Origin: Candidatus Latescibacterota bacterium
GTDB taxonomy: Bacteria > Latescibacterota > UBA2968 > UBA8231
Assembly: GCA_965200315.1 (NCBI GenBank)
Contig: OZ241362.1
Coordinates: forward strand, 288,001-352,000
Reading direction: 5' to 3'
DNA: 64,000 nt
Shown here: positions 41,644-50,339 of the stretch, in pieces
How the letters are laid out: each line of letters begins with the position of its first letter
Position numbering within the stretch: the first letter of the stretch is position 1
The notes under the pieces: generated by a model
Databases searched by the model: none
Seen by the model: only the letters and a program-made list of their open reading frames with translations
Told to the model about the DNA's origin: nothing
Made by a program: the position numbers and the translations under genes

Positions 41644-43149
41644 CTAAAAATACTGTCCCAATCCCACGGACAACCCGTAAGTACCTTCTGCCGCTCCGTA
41701 GGCAATATCGCCGCGCAACACTGGCGTGTTGTACACCTTGGGCCAGCCTAAGCGGATGCCCAAGCCAGGGGAACAGACCAAATTGGCCGTCTCTCTGTTG
41801 GGTGTCCAAGCCGCGCCGCAATCCACAAAGGCAGCGCTGGCGAGGGTGTACCAAGGTCGGTGAATTAAAGTGGGGCGCGCTTCCAAGTTGAACAGTGCGC
41901 GTCTCGTGCCATCGTAGCGCCGAGGGGCATAGCCGCGCAAGCCGTACGCTGGGCCGAGGAGGAGCTGATCGGCGTTCTCACTGCGGTGCAGGGCTTTCCA
42001 AGCGGCGCGCAAGGCGAGCGAATGAGCCGCTCCCAGCCGAAAGTACGCGGTCGCGGATGCTGAGGCCAAGAGGTTGTAAAATTTCCCCTCGCCTCGGTAC
42101 GCGCTGGCAAACAAGGCCAGTTCGGCGTAGCTGCGCTTGGTAGGTTCGAAGCGGGGGGCCAGATGGGCCTGATACCAAGAAAAGGTCCGATCCGATCCCA
42201 AGGAGCGATGGACAAAGCCCCAGCGCAGCGACAGCCAACTGCCCGTTTGTAAATCCTCTAGCGGGCCTAAGTTGCGCATGTAGCGGGCGCGCTTATAGCG
42301 AGGACGCCACACGAGGAGGCTGACACTCGGTATAACCCGCGTCCGGTCAGCAGGCGCGTATCCATCGCTCGCGCTTGCGGTGAATCGGCGGCGGGTGCCC
42401 TGCAATTGCACCGAGGGACGCACCTTCGTCTGTGCGCCATAGGAGCGAGTCAGCCAGATGTGGCCGCCATCGAGCGCGTCTTGATAGCGCGTTGCGAACT
42501 GACCCTCCGAGTACAAGCGCCGCACGGCCTGTTGGCTGAACAGGGAAAGGCCATAGGCGCGGCGATCGGCTAAGGCGGCAAAGGGCCGCGAAAAAGTCAG
42601 GGCATGATCGTGGCCTTCGGTGCCTGTGGCGAGCTGGACCGCTAGGGCGCGTCGGCTGTTGCCAAGGCGCGGTTCGGCAAAAAGCAACTCGGCCCAAGGG
42701 CCGGAAATGGCTTGGTTCCCGAGGCCCAAGCGCAGGCGTTGACCGCGGCCGCGAAAATTGTAGTCGAGCGCGACCGCGCCGAAGCTCAATTCGTCGATTT
42801 GTCCCGAGATCAAGGGGGATAAAGCGCGCGAGTAGAGATCTTCTACCGAGACCGTCACCTCGACGCCGTCGGGGTGATCGAGCAAGCGGATATGTACTTC
42901 GCCGACAAACAGCAAACGCCGCAAATTGCGCACTGTCTCGGCAACGAGGGTGGAGTCGAGGACATCGCCTTCGGCAAAGAGCAATTCGCGGCGAATGATC
43001 TGTTCGTCGGTGCGCTCGAGACCGTGGATGACAATGCGGTGGATGCGCGGAAGATCCGCCTCGGCGCACGTGCGTCCGGCTGCGAGCAAAAGGACCGCAA
43101 GCAGGAAGATCCGACTCAACGGAAAATATGGGGGGCTGTAGTACAACAT
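41644..43149 (-). CDS. Omp85/BamA-TamA family outer-membrane protein with one POTRA domain
   Basis: Signal peptide; GLERT..IIRREL POTRA; LRGY; FVDxG; C-terminal GQYF. Confidence 0.8.
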   Translation of the reverse strand: MLYYSPPYFPLSRIFLLAVLLLAAGRTCAEADLPRIHRIVIHGLERTDEQIIRRELLFAEGDVLDSTLVAETVRNLRRLLFVGEVHIRLLDHPDGVEVTVSVEDLYSRALSPLISGQIDELSFGAVALDYNFRGRGQRLRLGLGNQAISGPWAELLFAEPRLGNSRRALAVQLATGTEGHDHALTFSRPFAALADRRAYGLSLFSQQAVRRLYSEGQFATRYQDALDGGHIWLTRSYGAQTKVRPSVQLQGTRRRFTASASDGYAPADRTRVIPSVSLLVWRPRYKRARYMRNLGPLEDLQTGSWLSLRWGFVHRSLGSDRTFSWYQAHLAPRFEPTKRSYAELALFASAYRGEGKFYNLLASASATAYFRLGAAHSLALRAAWKALHRSENADQLLLGPAYGLRGYAPRRYDGTRRALFNLEARPTLIHRPWYTLASAAFVDCGAAWTPNRETANLVCSPGLGIRLGWPKVYNTPVLRGDIAYGAAEGTYGLSVGLGQYF

Positions 43150-43300
43150 GGGCTAGGGAAGCAGGTACAATTGGCGGCTATCTTAACCGATACAGCGCTA
43201 GTTTGTCAAACCACAGTCTGAGCAAAAAGCGCGCTGGAAGTAAGTTGACAGCCCGGGCGAGAACAACCTTATTTTCGCGCTCTAAGTTCGCAGTCGGACG

Positions 43301-43813
43301 ATGAACGAAGGCACCCCAACAACCGTCAAAGTGCTGCGCGAGCAGCTAGTAAACGCGCGCCAAGAACGCGACTTGGGCTTGTTGCGCGATGTGGAGGAGG
43401 GCTTGCGCCAGCTAGGCAAGATCGGCTACCGCTGTTGTCTGGTTGATTTCGATAGCTGCCGGTTGCGCTATTACGTCCGTCTTTTAGGCTACGAACAGGC
43501 GCGGGTCAAAGCGCAGATCGAATTTCCCATCTCCCATGAAATTGCCCCGGTGCAGTGGTTGCCGCTGTCTCATCTGGCCGATTACGGGGAGGCCGAAAAC
43601 GCTCAGAGCATTCGCCGCATATACGAGGAGATGGCCCACTACATCCAACACAAGTCGCCGGCTTTGCAAGTGGGGACGCTCGCTCTCAACCGGCCTAGGC
43701 GGAAGCCGTCCAAAAGATCGCGACGGCGCAGGCGAAACAAGGTTTGGTTTTACTTAGGGGGCTTGGTCGTGCTAGCGACTCTCGCCAGTTTCATTGCTTG
43801 GGGGAATTTGTGA
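43301..43813 (+). CDS. hypothetical protein with basic stretch and C-terminal TM anchor
   Basis: ORF with upstream TTGACA at 43245; TGATG coupling to the next gene. Confidence 0.6.
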   Translation: MNEGTPTTVKVLREQLVNARQERDLGLLRDVEEGLRQLGKIGYRCCLVDFDSCRLRYYVRLLGYEQARVKAQIEFPISHEIAPVQWLPLSHLADYGEAENAQSIRRIYEEMAHYIQHKSPALQVGTLALNRPRRKPSKRSRRRRRNKVWFYLGGLVVLATLASFIAWGNL

Positions 43814-44457
43814 TGCTAAAGGAAACTCTTCGATCTCGAAGCCGATTTGTGTGGCTCTTCGCTGGGATCCTCGGAGTTAGCGGGTGCAGTCAAAATTTCA
43901 GCGGCGAGGAGCCAGCCGCGGCCATGGCCGAGCGGGGATTCACCGCCCGATCCCCAACGCCAACCAGTGCAACACCAACTCAGGTGGGCGGGCGGCAGGC
44001 ACTGGGGCCACTCAGCGCGGTGGCTCCCAAGGGTTGGGTGGCGCAGCAGCCATCCAGTTCCATGCGGGTGGCTCAATACGGCCTTCCTGGCCCGGCCGGA
44101 GAAGCGACACTGGGCATCTTTTTTTTTGGCCCAGGACAAGGCGGAAGCGTCGAGGCCAACATTGAGCGTTGGTTCGGCCAATTCAAACAGGAGGACAGCC
44201 AACCAGCCCAAGGGCGGCGTTGGACGCGACAGGTGGGGGCCATCGAAATAACTGGAATTGATGTCAGCGGCACCTTCTCTGGGGGAATGGGGATGGGAAG
44301 CGCGGAACCCCAAGCCGACTACCGGATGCTCGGAGCCATTGCCGTCCACCGCTCGGGCACGGTGTTTTTCAAGATGACTGGACCGGCCCAAACCGTCGCG
44401 CAATGGGCTGCGAGCTTTGATGAGTTCTTGGGCAGTTTGCAAGCTGTCGAGTCTTGA
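43813..44457 (+). CDS. putative lipoprotein
   Basis: Lipobox VSGC; SSMRVAQY, GGSVEANIERW, FFKMTGP. Confidence 0.7.
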   Translation: MLKETLRSRSRFVWLFAGILGVSGCSQNFSGEEPAAAMAERGFTARSPTPTSATPTQVGGRQALGPLSAVAPKGWVAQQPSSSMRVAQYGLPGPAGEATLGIFFFGPGQGGSVEANIERWFGQFKQEDSQPAQGRRWTRQVGAIEITGIDVSGTFSGGMGMGSAEPQADYRMLGAIAVHRSGTVFFKMTGPAQTVAQWAASFDEFLGSLQAVES

Positions 44458-44471
44458 ATACTGAGGGAAAC

Positions 44472-45314
44472 ATGTACGCGCAATTAGAAGACGAATTCGG
44501 CGCCGTCGTCGCCAAGGCCCGTCGCGGGCAGGAGATGGCGGTCGCAGTGCTGGCCGACCGGGTGGGATTGATTACCGAGGATATCGCAAAGATCGAAGAC
44601 TACGAGCTGGTCCCGGCCGCAGACGCCATTGAGCGGCTAGCCCAATCTCTCGGCTTGCACCCGGGCAAATTGCAGGCGAGCGCGGCGCAGGCATTTTTCC
44701 CGCGCCATCCGGCGGGCCGTTCGATGGCCGAGGCGCAGGTGGAGATGATGGTGCTTGGCAGCGGCTTTCTGATGAACGGCTACATCGTCGGCTGTGCGGC
44801 AACGGGTCGTGCCGCGATCATCGACCCAGGATTCGACGCGGATAAAATCCTCCAGCGCTTGACCGCCTCTGGGCTAACGGTCGAACAGATCTTGCTGACG
44901 CACGGCCACCAAGACCACATCAGCGCCCTCGCCGAAATTGGCCGCGCCACGGCCGCGCCAGCGCGGATTCACAGTGGCGACTTGGCCCTAACGGGCCGTT
45001 TGGCCGACCAAATCGCGGGAGAACTAGCTGAAGGCGAAGTTGTCCATGTCGGCGACTTGCGCTTTGAGGTTCACTCCACGCCCGGACACACGGCGGGCGG
45101 CATCAGCTTAGTCCACGAGGAGATGGCCTTTGTCGGGGACGCGCTTTTCGCGGGTTCGCTTGGGGGCACTCGCAGCGTGGTCAACTACCGGAGGCAGCGC
45201 CAAGCCGTGGCCGAGAAGTTACTCGGTCTAGACGAAAACGTCGCGCTCTTTCCCGGCCATGGACCCGCTACTACTGTGGGGGAAGAACGGGAGCACAATC
45301 CGTTCTTTTTATAA
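44472..45314 (+). CDS. XRE-HTH fused metallo-beta-lactamase fold hydrolase
   Basis: N-terminal HTH; THGHQDH, PGHT, GDALF, PGHG. Confidence 0.85.
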   Translation: MYAQLEDEFGAVVAKARRGQEMAVAVLADRVGLITEDIAKIEDYELVPAADAIERLAQSLGLHPGKLQASAAQAFFPRHPAGRSMAEAQVEMMVLGSGFLMNGYIVGCAATGRAAIIDPGFDADKILQRLTASGLTVEQILLTHGHQDHISALAEIGRATAAPARIHSGDLALTGRLADQIAGELAEGEVVHVGDLRFEVHSTPGHTAGGISLVHEEMAFVGDALFAGSLGGTRSVVNYRRQRQAVAEKLLGLDENVALFPGHGPATTVGEEREHNPFFL

Positions 45315-45337
45315 AACTTTCCAACGAGTTGGGTCGA

Positions 45338-46153
45338 TTACGGGGAGTCTGCCGCTGGGCGGGGGCTTCCCGTTTCTTTGTCCTCGTTGAGCGTCCAGTC
45401 GTAGTCGTTGTATTCGATGGATATATCTTCGGTCAGTCCAGCGGCTAGGTCCGGGGGAAGGTACGGGCGCAGGTAGTTGACGATGGTGGGCATATTTTCG
45501 GGATTGGGGCGGTCGGGCGGGAACCAAGCTGTGAAATCCTCTCCGTACCAGTCGAGAATTTTGGATAGGTAGAGTCGCTTCTCTTGCAAGCGCACGTGGT
45601 TTGGGTCTTGGGCAAAGCGCGTCAGTGCCCGTTCCAAGCGGGCGTCGAGGTCGGGGGCGGTAAAGGCCTGGTTGTCTAGTTGCGGGCAGCTAAGGGCCGC
45701 GCAGTTGACCGCAAAGTGAATGCGCGGCTCTTGGTAGGTTGGGCGGATAATTTTGTTTTCAACGTGATCCAGCGTCATCTCGCGCCCGCCAGCGACAAAG
45801 GTCTGGCGGTTAAAAAAGCCGCTGAGTACAAAGGCATCTTTGACGCTGGCGATGGGATAGGCGTCGATGACGCCCCGCAGGGTAAAGGCGTTGTACGCAT
45901 TGATCCAGTAGGCTAGCTCGTGTTCGCGGGTGGGGAAGCGGTCGGGATGAGTCTCGGGGCTGTAGTGGCCGAGACTATCGACATAGGCGTCGAGTTGGGC
46001 GCGGTCTTTGGCTAGAGCGGCGTAGCGGACCAATCCTTGGTCATCGACGTATTCTTGCAGCACTTGGTCAAAGGGGTTGTGGTCAAAGGGAGAAGCCGCG
46101 CAAAGGGCGACTGGGATGAGCAGCCACAAAGGCAGGAAGTAAAGTGAGCGCAT
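45338..46153 (-). CDS. DUF547 family exported protein
   Basis: LAYWINAYN, PRIHFAVNCAALSCP, LSKILDWY, YDWTLN. Confidence 0.85.
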   Translation of the reverse strand: MRSLYFLPLWLLIPVALCAASPFDHNPFDQVLQEYVDDQGLVRYAALAKDRAQLDAYVDSLGHYSPETHPDRFPTREHELAYWINAYNAFTLRGVIDAYPIASVKDAFVLSGFFNRQTFVAGGREMTLDHVENKIIRPTYQEPRIHFAVNCAALSCPQLDNQAFTAPDLDARLERALTRFAQDPNHVRLQEKRLYLSKILDWYGEDFTAWFPPDRPNPENMPTIVNYLRPYLPPDLAAGLTEDISIEYNDYDWTLNEDKETGSPRPAADSP

Positions 46154-46293
46154 GGTTTTTCCAATGGATTAGGGTGGGATGAGGATGTCTCCGCTAGGAG
46201 CAATTTATATTATTCTCGACGCTGTGCAATAACTCCATCCGCTTTGCCAATCCTCCACTCGCGCTATCCATTAGATAGAGAGGCCAATTCTTT

Positions 46294-47706
46294 ATGAACA
46301 GACCCAATTTTGTGCTCATTACAGCAGATGACATGAACTGGGATGCGGTGGGGGCATTTGGGTGTCCGACCGCGGGAACAACACCCAATATCGACCGATT
46401 GGCCGCAGCGGGATTGCGCTTTCAGCACGGCCATGTGACGATTGCGGTGTGTCAACCGAGCCGCTCGGCATTGATGACTGGGCGCTATCCGCATCTGAGT
46501 GGGGGCGAAGGCTTTTATCATTTGCGCTACGAAGGCGTACCTATGCTGCCCGCGATTCTGCGAGATGAGGGGTATGATGTAGGCATTTTGGGCAAAGTGG
46601 CACATTCGACGCCATATCAGACGTTTCAATGGGATATGGCGCATGATCAAATCCATTTGGGGCAGGGACGAAATCCCGAGGTGTATCATCAGTATGCCAA
46701 AAATTTCGTGCAGGATGCCGTAGCCGGCGACCGGCCATTTTTTTTGCTGGCAAACTCCCACGATCCGCATCGTCCGTTTTACGGTAATGACAAGTCCGAG
46801 TGGTATAGCGAACTCGATCCACCCGCAGTGCCGCCTTCGCGCACATTTGCGCCAGAAGAGGTGATCGTCCCTAAGTTTTTGCCCGATATATCGGAGGTGC
46901 GGCTGGAAATAGCCGAGTATTACAATTCTGTGCGCCGCTGTGATGATACGGTGGGGCGATTGCTCAATGTGTTGGATGAGGTGGGTGTGGCAGAGAATAC
47001 GCTAGTGATGTTTTTGTCGGATAATGGCATGGCGTTTCCGTTTGCCAAGACCAATTGTTATTTGAACAGTACGCGCACCCCTTGGGTGGTGCGCTGGCCA
47101 GCGGTTATTGAGGCTGGGCGCTCGGATACCAAGCATTTTATTTCGGGGATAGATTATTTACCTACGGTGCTCGATGCAATTGGCGTGGATATTCCAGACG
47201 GCGTCAATGGCCAGTCGCTTTTGCCGGTGTTGCGGGGTGCAGAGCAGGCTGGATGCGAACAGGTATTCACACAATTTCACCAGACTTCGGCGCGGCACAA
47301 TTATCCCATGCGGTGCGTACAAAATGCGCGGTTCGGTTACATTTTCAACCCTTGGTCCGATGGTGAGCGAGCGTTTCATAATGAGTCCCAGAATGGTCGG
47401 TCTTGGCAGGCGATGCAAGAAGCCGCGGCCTGCGATCCAGCATTGGCGGCGCGCAATCACTTGTTTACGTATCGCGTACTGGAAGAATTTTACGACTTTG
47501 CCAACGACCCCAATGCGCTGAACAACCTGATTGATGATCCCAACTATGCCGATGAAGTTCAAAGTCTGAGAAATGCGCTTGAGGAATGGATGGTGGAGAC
47601 CGACGATCCGGCACTCAACACCTTTCGCGGTCGTGCCTCGCGGCAGGCACTAGATGATTTGATGGGTCACCTAGCGGATGCAATTGGACCGAGTGCGGAC
47701 AAATAG
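46294..47706 (+). CDS. sulfatase (Cys-type, sulfamidase-like)
   Basis: RPNFVLITADD, CQPSRSALMTG, DPHRP, SDNG. Confidence 0.92.
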   Translation: MNRPNFVLITADDMNWDAVGAFGCPTAGTTPNIDRLAAAGLRFQHGHVTIAVCQPSRSALMTGRYPHLSGGEGFYHLRYEGVPMLPAILRDEGYDVGILGKVAHSTPYQTFQWDMAHDQIHLGQGRNPEVYHQYAKNFVQDAVAGDRPFFLLANSHDPHRPFYGNDKSEWYSELDPPAVPPSRTFAPEEVIVPKFLPDISEVRLEIAEYYNSVRRCDDTVGRLLNVLDEVGVAENTLVMFLSDNGMAFPFAKTNCYLNSTRTPWVVRWPAVIEAGRSDTKHFISGIDYLPTVLDAIGVDIPDGVNGQSLLPVLRGAEQAGCEQVFTQFHQTSARHNYPMRCVQNARFGYIFNPWSDGERAFHNESQNGRSWQAMQEAAACDPALAARNHLFTYRVLEEFYDFANDPNALNNLIDDPNYADEVQSLRNALEEWMVETDDPALNTFRGRASRQALDDLMGHLADAIGPSADK

Positions 47707-49758
47707 GTGATGAACGCCATTCGCCGAGAGGGGGCCATCCTTTGGGGCCTAGCTCTGTTGTGGCTGTTGCTCTTTGTGGCCTCCATGCTCTACCACACAG
47801 GCGGCCGCTTGGCCCTGCCGCTGGACGATTCCTTCATCTATTTCCAATACGCTCGGCAAGCGGCCCAAGGGCATTTCCTCGAATACAACACCCTCGCTGA
47901 GCCAACGGCCGGCGCGACTAGTCTGCTGTACACCTTGCTGCTGCTGCCGGGCTTTTGGCTGGGGCTGGATGGGATGGGGATTGCGCTGTACGCGTTGGCA
48001 TTGGGGGCTGTGTGGCTGGGGTTGAGTGCTCGGTTGCTCCTGCTGCTAGGCCATAGATTGGGAGGCTCGTTCAGCGGTTGGGTGGCCGCGTTGATGTTTC
48101 TGTTGTGCGGCCCACTGCTGTGGGGCTATTACAGCGGCATGGCGATCGGCCTCTTTGCCTGCGCCATCTTGTTGACCCTGTATCTCTACCTAACAGAAGA
48201 TCGGCGCGCTCCGCTGGCAGCGGCCTTTTTGGCGTTGGCGCGGCCCGAGGGGATCGCCTTGGTCTTGCTGTTGTTGGTGCTAGTCGCCTATCGCCGGGCA
48301 TTGCATTGGCAGTGGGGGGTGCCTTTGGGGGTGTATGTGGTCCAAGCGCTGCTGCTGGCTTGGTGGACGGGAGAGGCTGGGGCATCTGGGATCGAGGCCA
48401 AATGGCGCTTTGCCGAACCGCACGGGTCATTACCCGAGCAGCTCCGCGCTGTCTTCTTCGACTTCGCCGAATTTGTCAAAGGGATTCTCACCGGGTCGCT
48501 GGGGCATCAGACCAGCGTCAACTTATACGCGTACGACGGCAACTATCGCCGCATGGTGTTTGCGCCGTTTGTCGCGCTGTTTGTTTTGGCCGAGCTGAGC
48601 TACCGGCTCTGGGGCGAACTGTCCGAGCGGCGGTTCGGGGTGGCGGCATTGGGTGGGGCGTGGTTTGTCGGCGGCGTCTTACTAACCTGCACTCTCGTAG
48701 AATATGATGCCCATTTCAATCGCTACCAGCAGCCTTTCTTGCCGCTTTACATTCTCTTTGCTGCTTTGGGCTTGGGGCGGTTGGAGGCGGCTGGGGGGGA
48801 ATGGGGCCGCAAGTTGGCTCGGGGGTTGGCTTGCTTTTTCGGCTTGTGGGGGGTGATGTCGGTGGGGTTTTTCGCGGTTGCGTACGGGGAAAATTGCAGC
48901 GATATCCGCAACCAGCAGGTCGAGATGGCGCGCTTTATCGACGCCGAGTTGCCGCCCGACGCACGCATCGCCGTCAACGACGCTGGGGCCCTGCGCTATT
49001 TCGGTCGCCGCCAAACTATCGACTTAGTCGGATTGACCACAGCCGGGAACAGCGCGCCTTGGCGGCACGGGAGCGGGTCGCTATTCGAGCGGCTGGAGGC
49101 CATGCCGCCAGACCAGCGCCCTCAGTACTTTGCCATTTTCCCCAATTGGTTCAATTTCCCGGAAGGCATCTTCTTGCAGCCACTGCACCGCATCCGCGTC
49201 TTTGAGCCGTCGATTATAGATGCCGAGAAGGTGTTGTATCAGGCGCACTGGACCGCCGAGCTCAGCGGCGAGGCCATCCGCAACCGGACGCTCTTAGAGG
49301 AAGGCTGGCGGGTGGTCGATAAAGTGGATGTCGCCGATTTGACCAGTGAACGTCAGCACGGCTACGAATCTAAAGTGTGGGTGCCCGGCAGTGGGGAGGC
49401 GAATCTGTTGCTGGCACTGAGTGCGACCGACGACCCTCAGGCCGTGTACATCGACGGGGGCCGGACGGTAACGGGGGGCGAGCGGATGGAGGTGGTTCTG
49501 AACGCTGGCCAGCCGGCGACGGTGATCATGCGCACGGTTACGGGTATTGCTCAGCACTTTGCGGTGTTCGCTAATGGCAAGAAAATTGCCAACGTGGAAC
49601 TACCGGGCGGGCGGGGCCGCCAGTGGCTCGAACTGGCCGTCGGCCAACTACCCGCTTCGGATGTCAGCAGCCGCGTCGAGCTTGAGACGCGGCCGCTTCA
49701 CTTTGGCGGCGATTTGCGGCCGATTGTTTCGTTTCACTACTGGGTTGTGCAGCGGTGA
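47707..49758 (+). CDS. GT-C-like polytopic membrane glycosyltransferase
   Basis: PLDDSFI..QYA, RPEG, NRY, DAGAL.YF, DLVGL; many TMs plus a periplasmic tail. Confidence 0.7.
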   Translation: MMNAIRREGAILWGLALLWLLLFVASMLYHTGGRLALPLDDSFIYFQYARQAAQGHFLEYNTLAEPTAGATSLLYTLLLLPGFWLGLDGMGIALYALALGAVWLGLSARLLLLLGHRLGGSFSGWVAALMFLLCGPLLWGYYSGMAIGLFACAILLTLYLYLTEDRRAPLAAAFLALARPEGIALVLLLLVLVAYRRALHWQWGVPLGVYVVQALLLAWWTGEAGASGIEAKWRFAEPHGSLPEQLRAVFFDFAEFVKGILTGSLGHQTSVNLYAYDGNYRRMVFAPFVALFVLAELSYRLWGELSERRFGVAALGGAWFVGGVLLTCTLVEYDAHFNRYQQPFLPLYILFAALGLGRLEAAGGEWGRKLARGLACFFGLWGVMSVGFFAVAYGENCSDIRNQQVEMARFIDAELPPDARIAVNDAGALRYFGRRQTIDLVGLTTAGNSAPWRHGSGSLFERLEAMPPDQRPQYFAIFPNWFNFPEGIFLQPLHRIRVFEPSIIDAEKVLYQAHWTAELSGEAIRNRTLLEEGWRVVDKVDVADLTSERQHGYESKVWVPGSGEANLLLALSATDDPQAVYIDGGRTVTGGERMEVVLNAGQPATVIMRTVTGIAQHFAVFANGKKIANVELPGGRGRQWLELAVGQLPASDVSSRVELETRPLHFGGDLRPIVSFHYWVVQR

Positions 49759-49784
49759 CGCTGCTTCAGCAGCGGGCCTTGAAG

Positions 49785-50250
49785 TCACGGACTCGCGGCT
49801 AAAACGTCGAACTGGCCGTGTGGACGAATCTCTTTCAACACTTCTATTTCCAACGCCTGCAATTCGCGGTAGGCAATGATGAGGAAGTTGCCACAGCCAC
49901 AGGCTGGATCGAAAAATCGCAACTGGCCGAGCCGCTGCTGAAAGGCGATCAGTTCGGGAATGCGGCGGCTGGCGCGGCGGGCCTTGGGCCGACGAAATTC
50001 AGCACACAACTCGTCTAAAAACAGCGGCTCAATGACCTTGAGGATGCTGTTCTCGGTCGTATAGTGCGCCCCTTGAGCGCGGCGCCCGTCTTGGTCTATC
50101 ACTGACTGAAAGAGTGAGCCGAAAATCGCCGGCGAGATATCGGACCAATTGAAACGGCAAGCGTTGATGAGCCGCTGGCGCATGGCGGAATCAAAAGACG
50201 GAATGAGCAGCGGGTCGCGGAACAGGTCGCCGTTGACGTAAGGAAAGCGG
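49785..50250 (-). pseudogene. internal fragment of an MmeI-like type IIL restriction-modification enzyme
   Basis: FPYVNGDLF, NWSDISPAIFGSLFQ, GAHYT, VIEPLFLD, FFDPACGCGNFL; both ends missing. Confidence 0.85.
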
Positions 50251-50339
50251 GAGCCATGCCCGCGCTGGGGATTCCGGCTATATTTGGTAGTATGCAAACA
50301 AGCGGTATCGGCGCGGTGCAACTAAGGCGAGAGGGAGCC

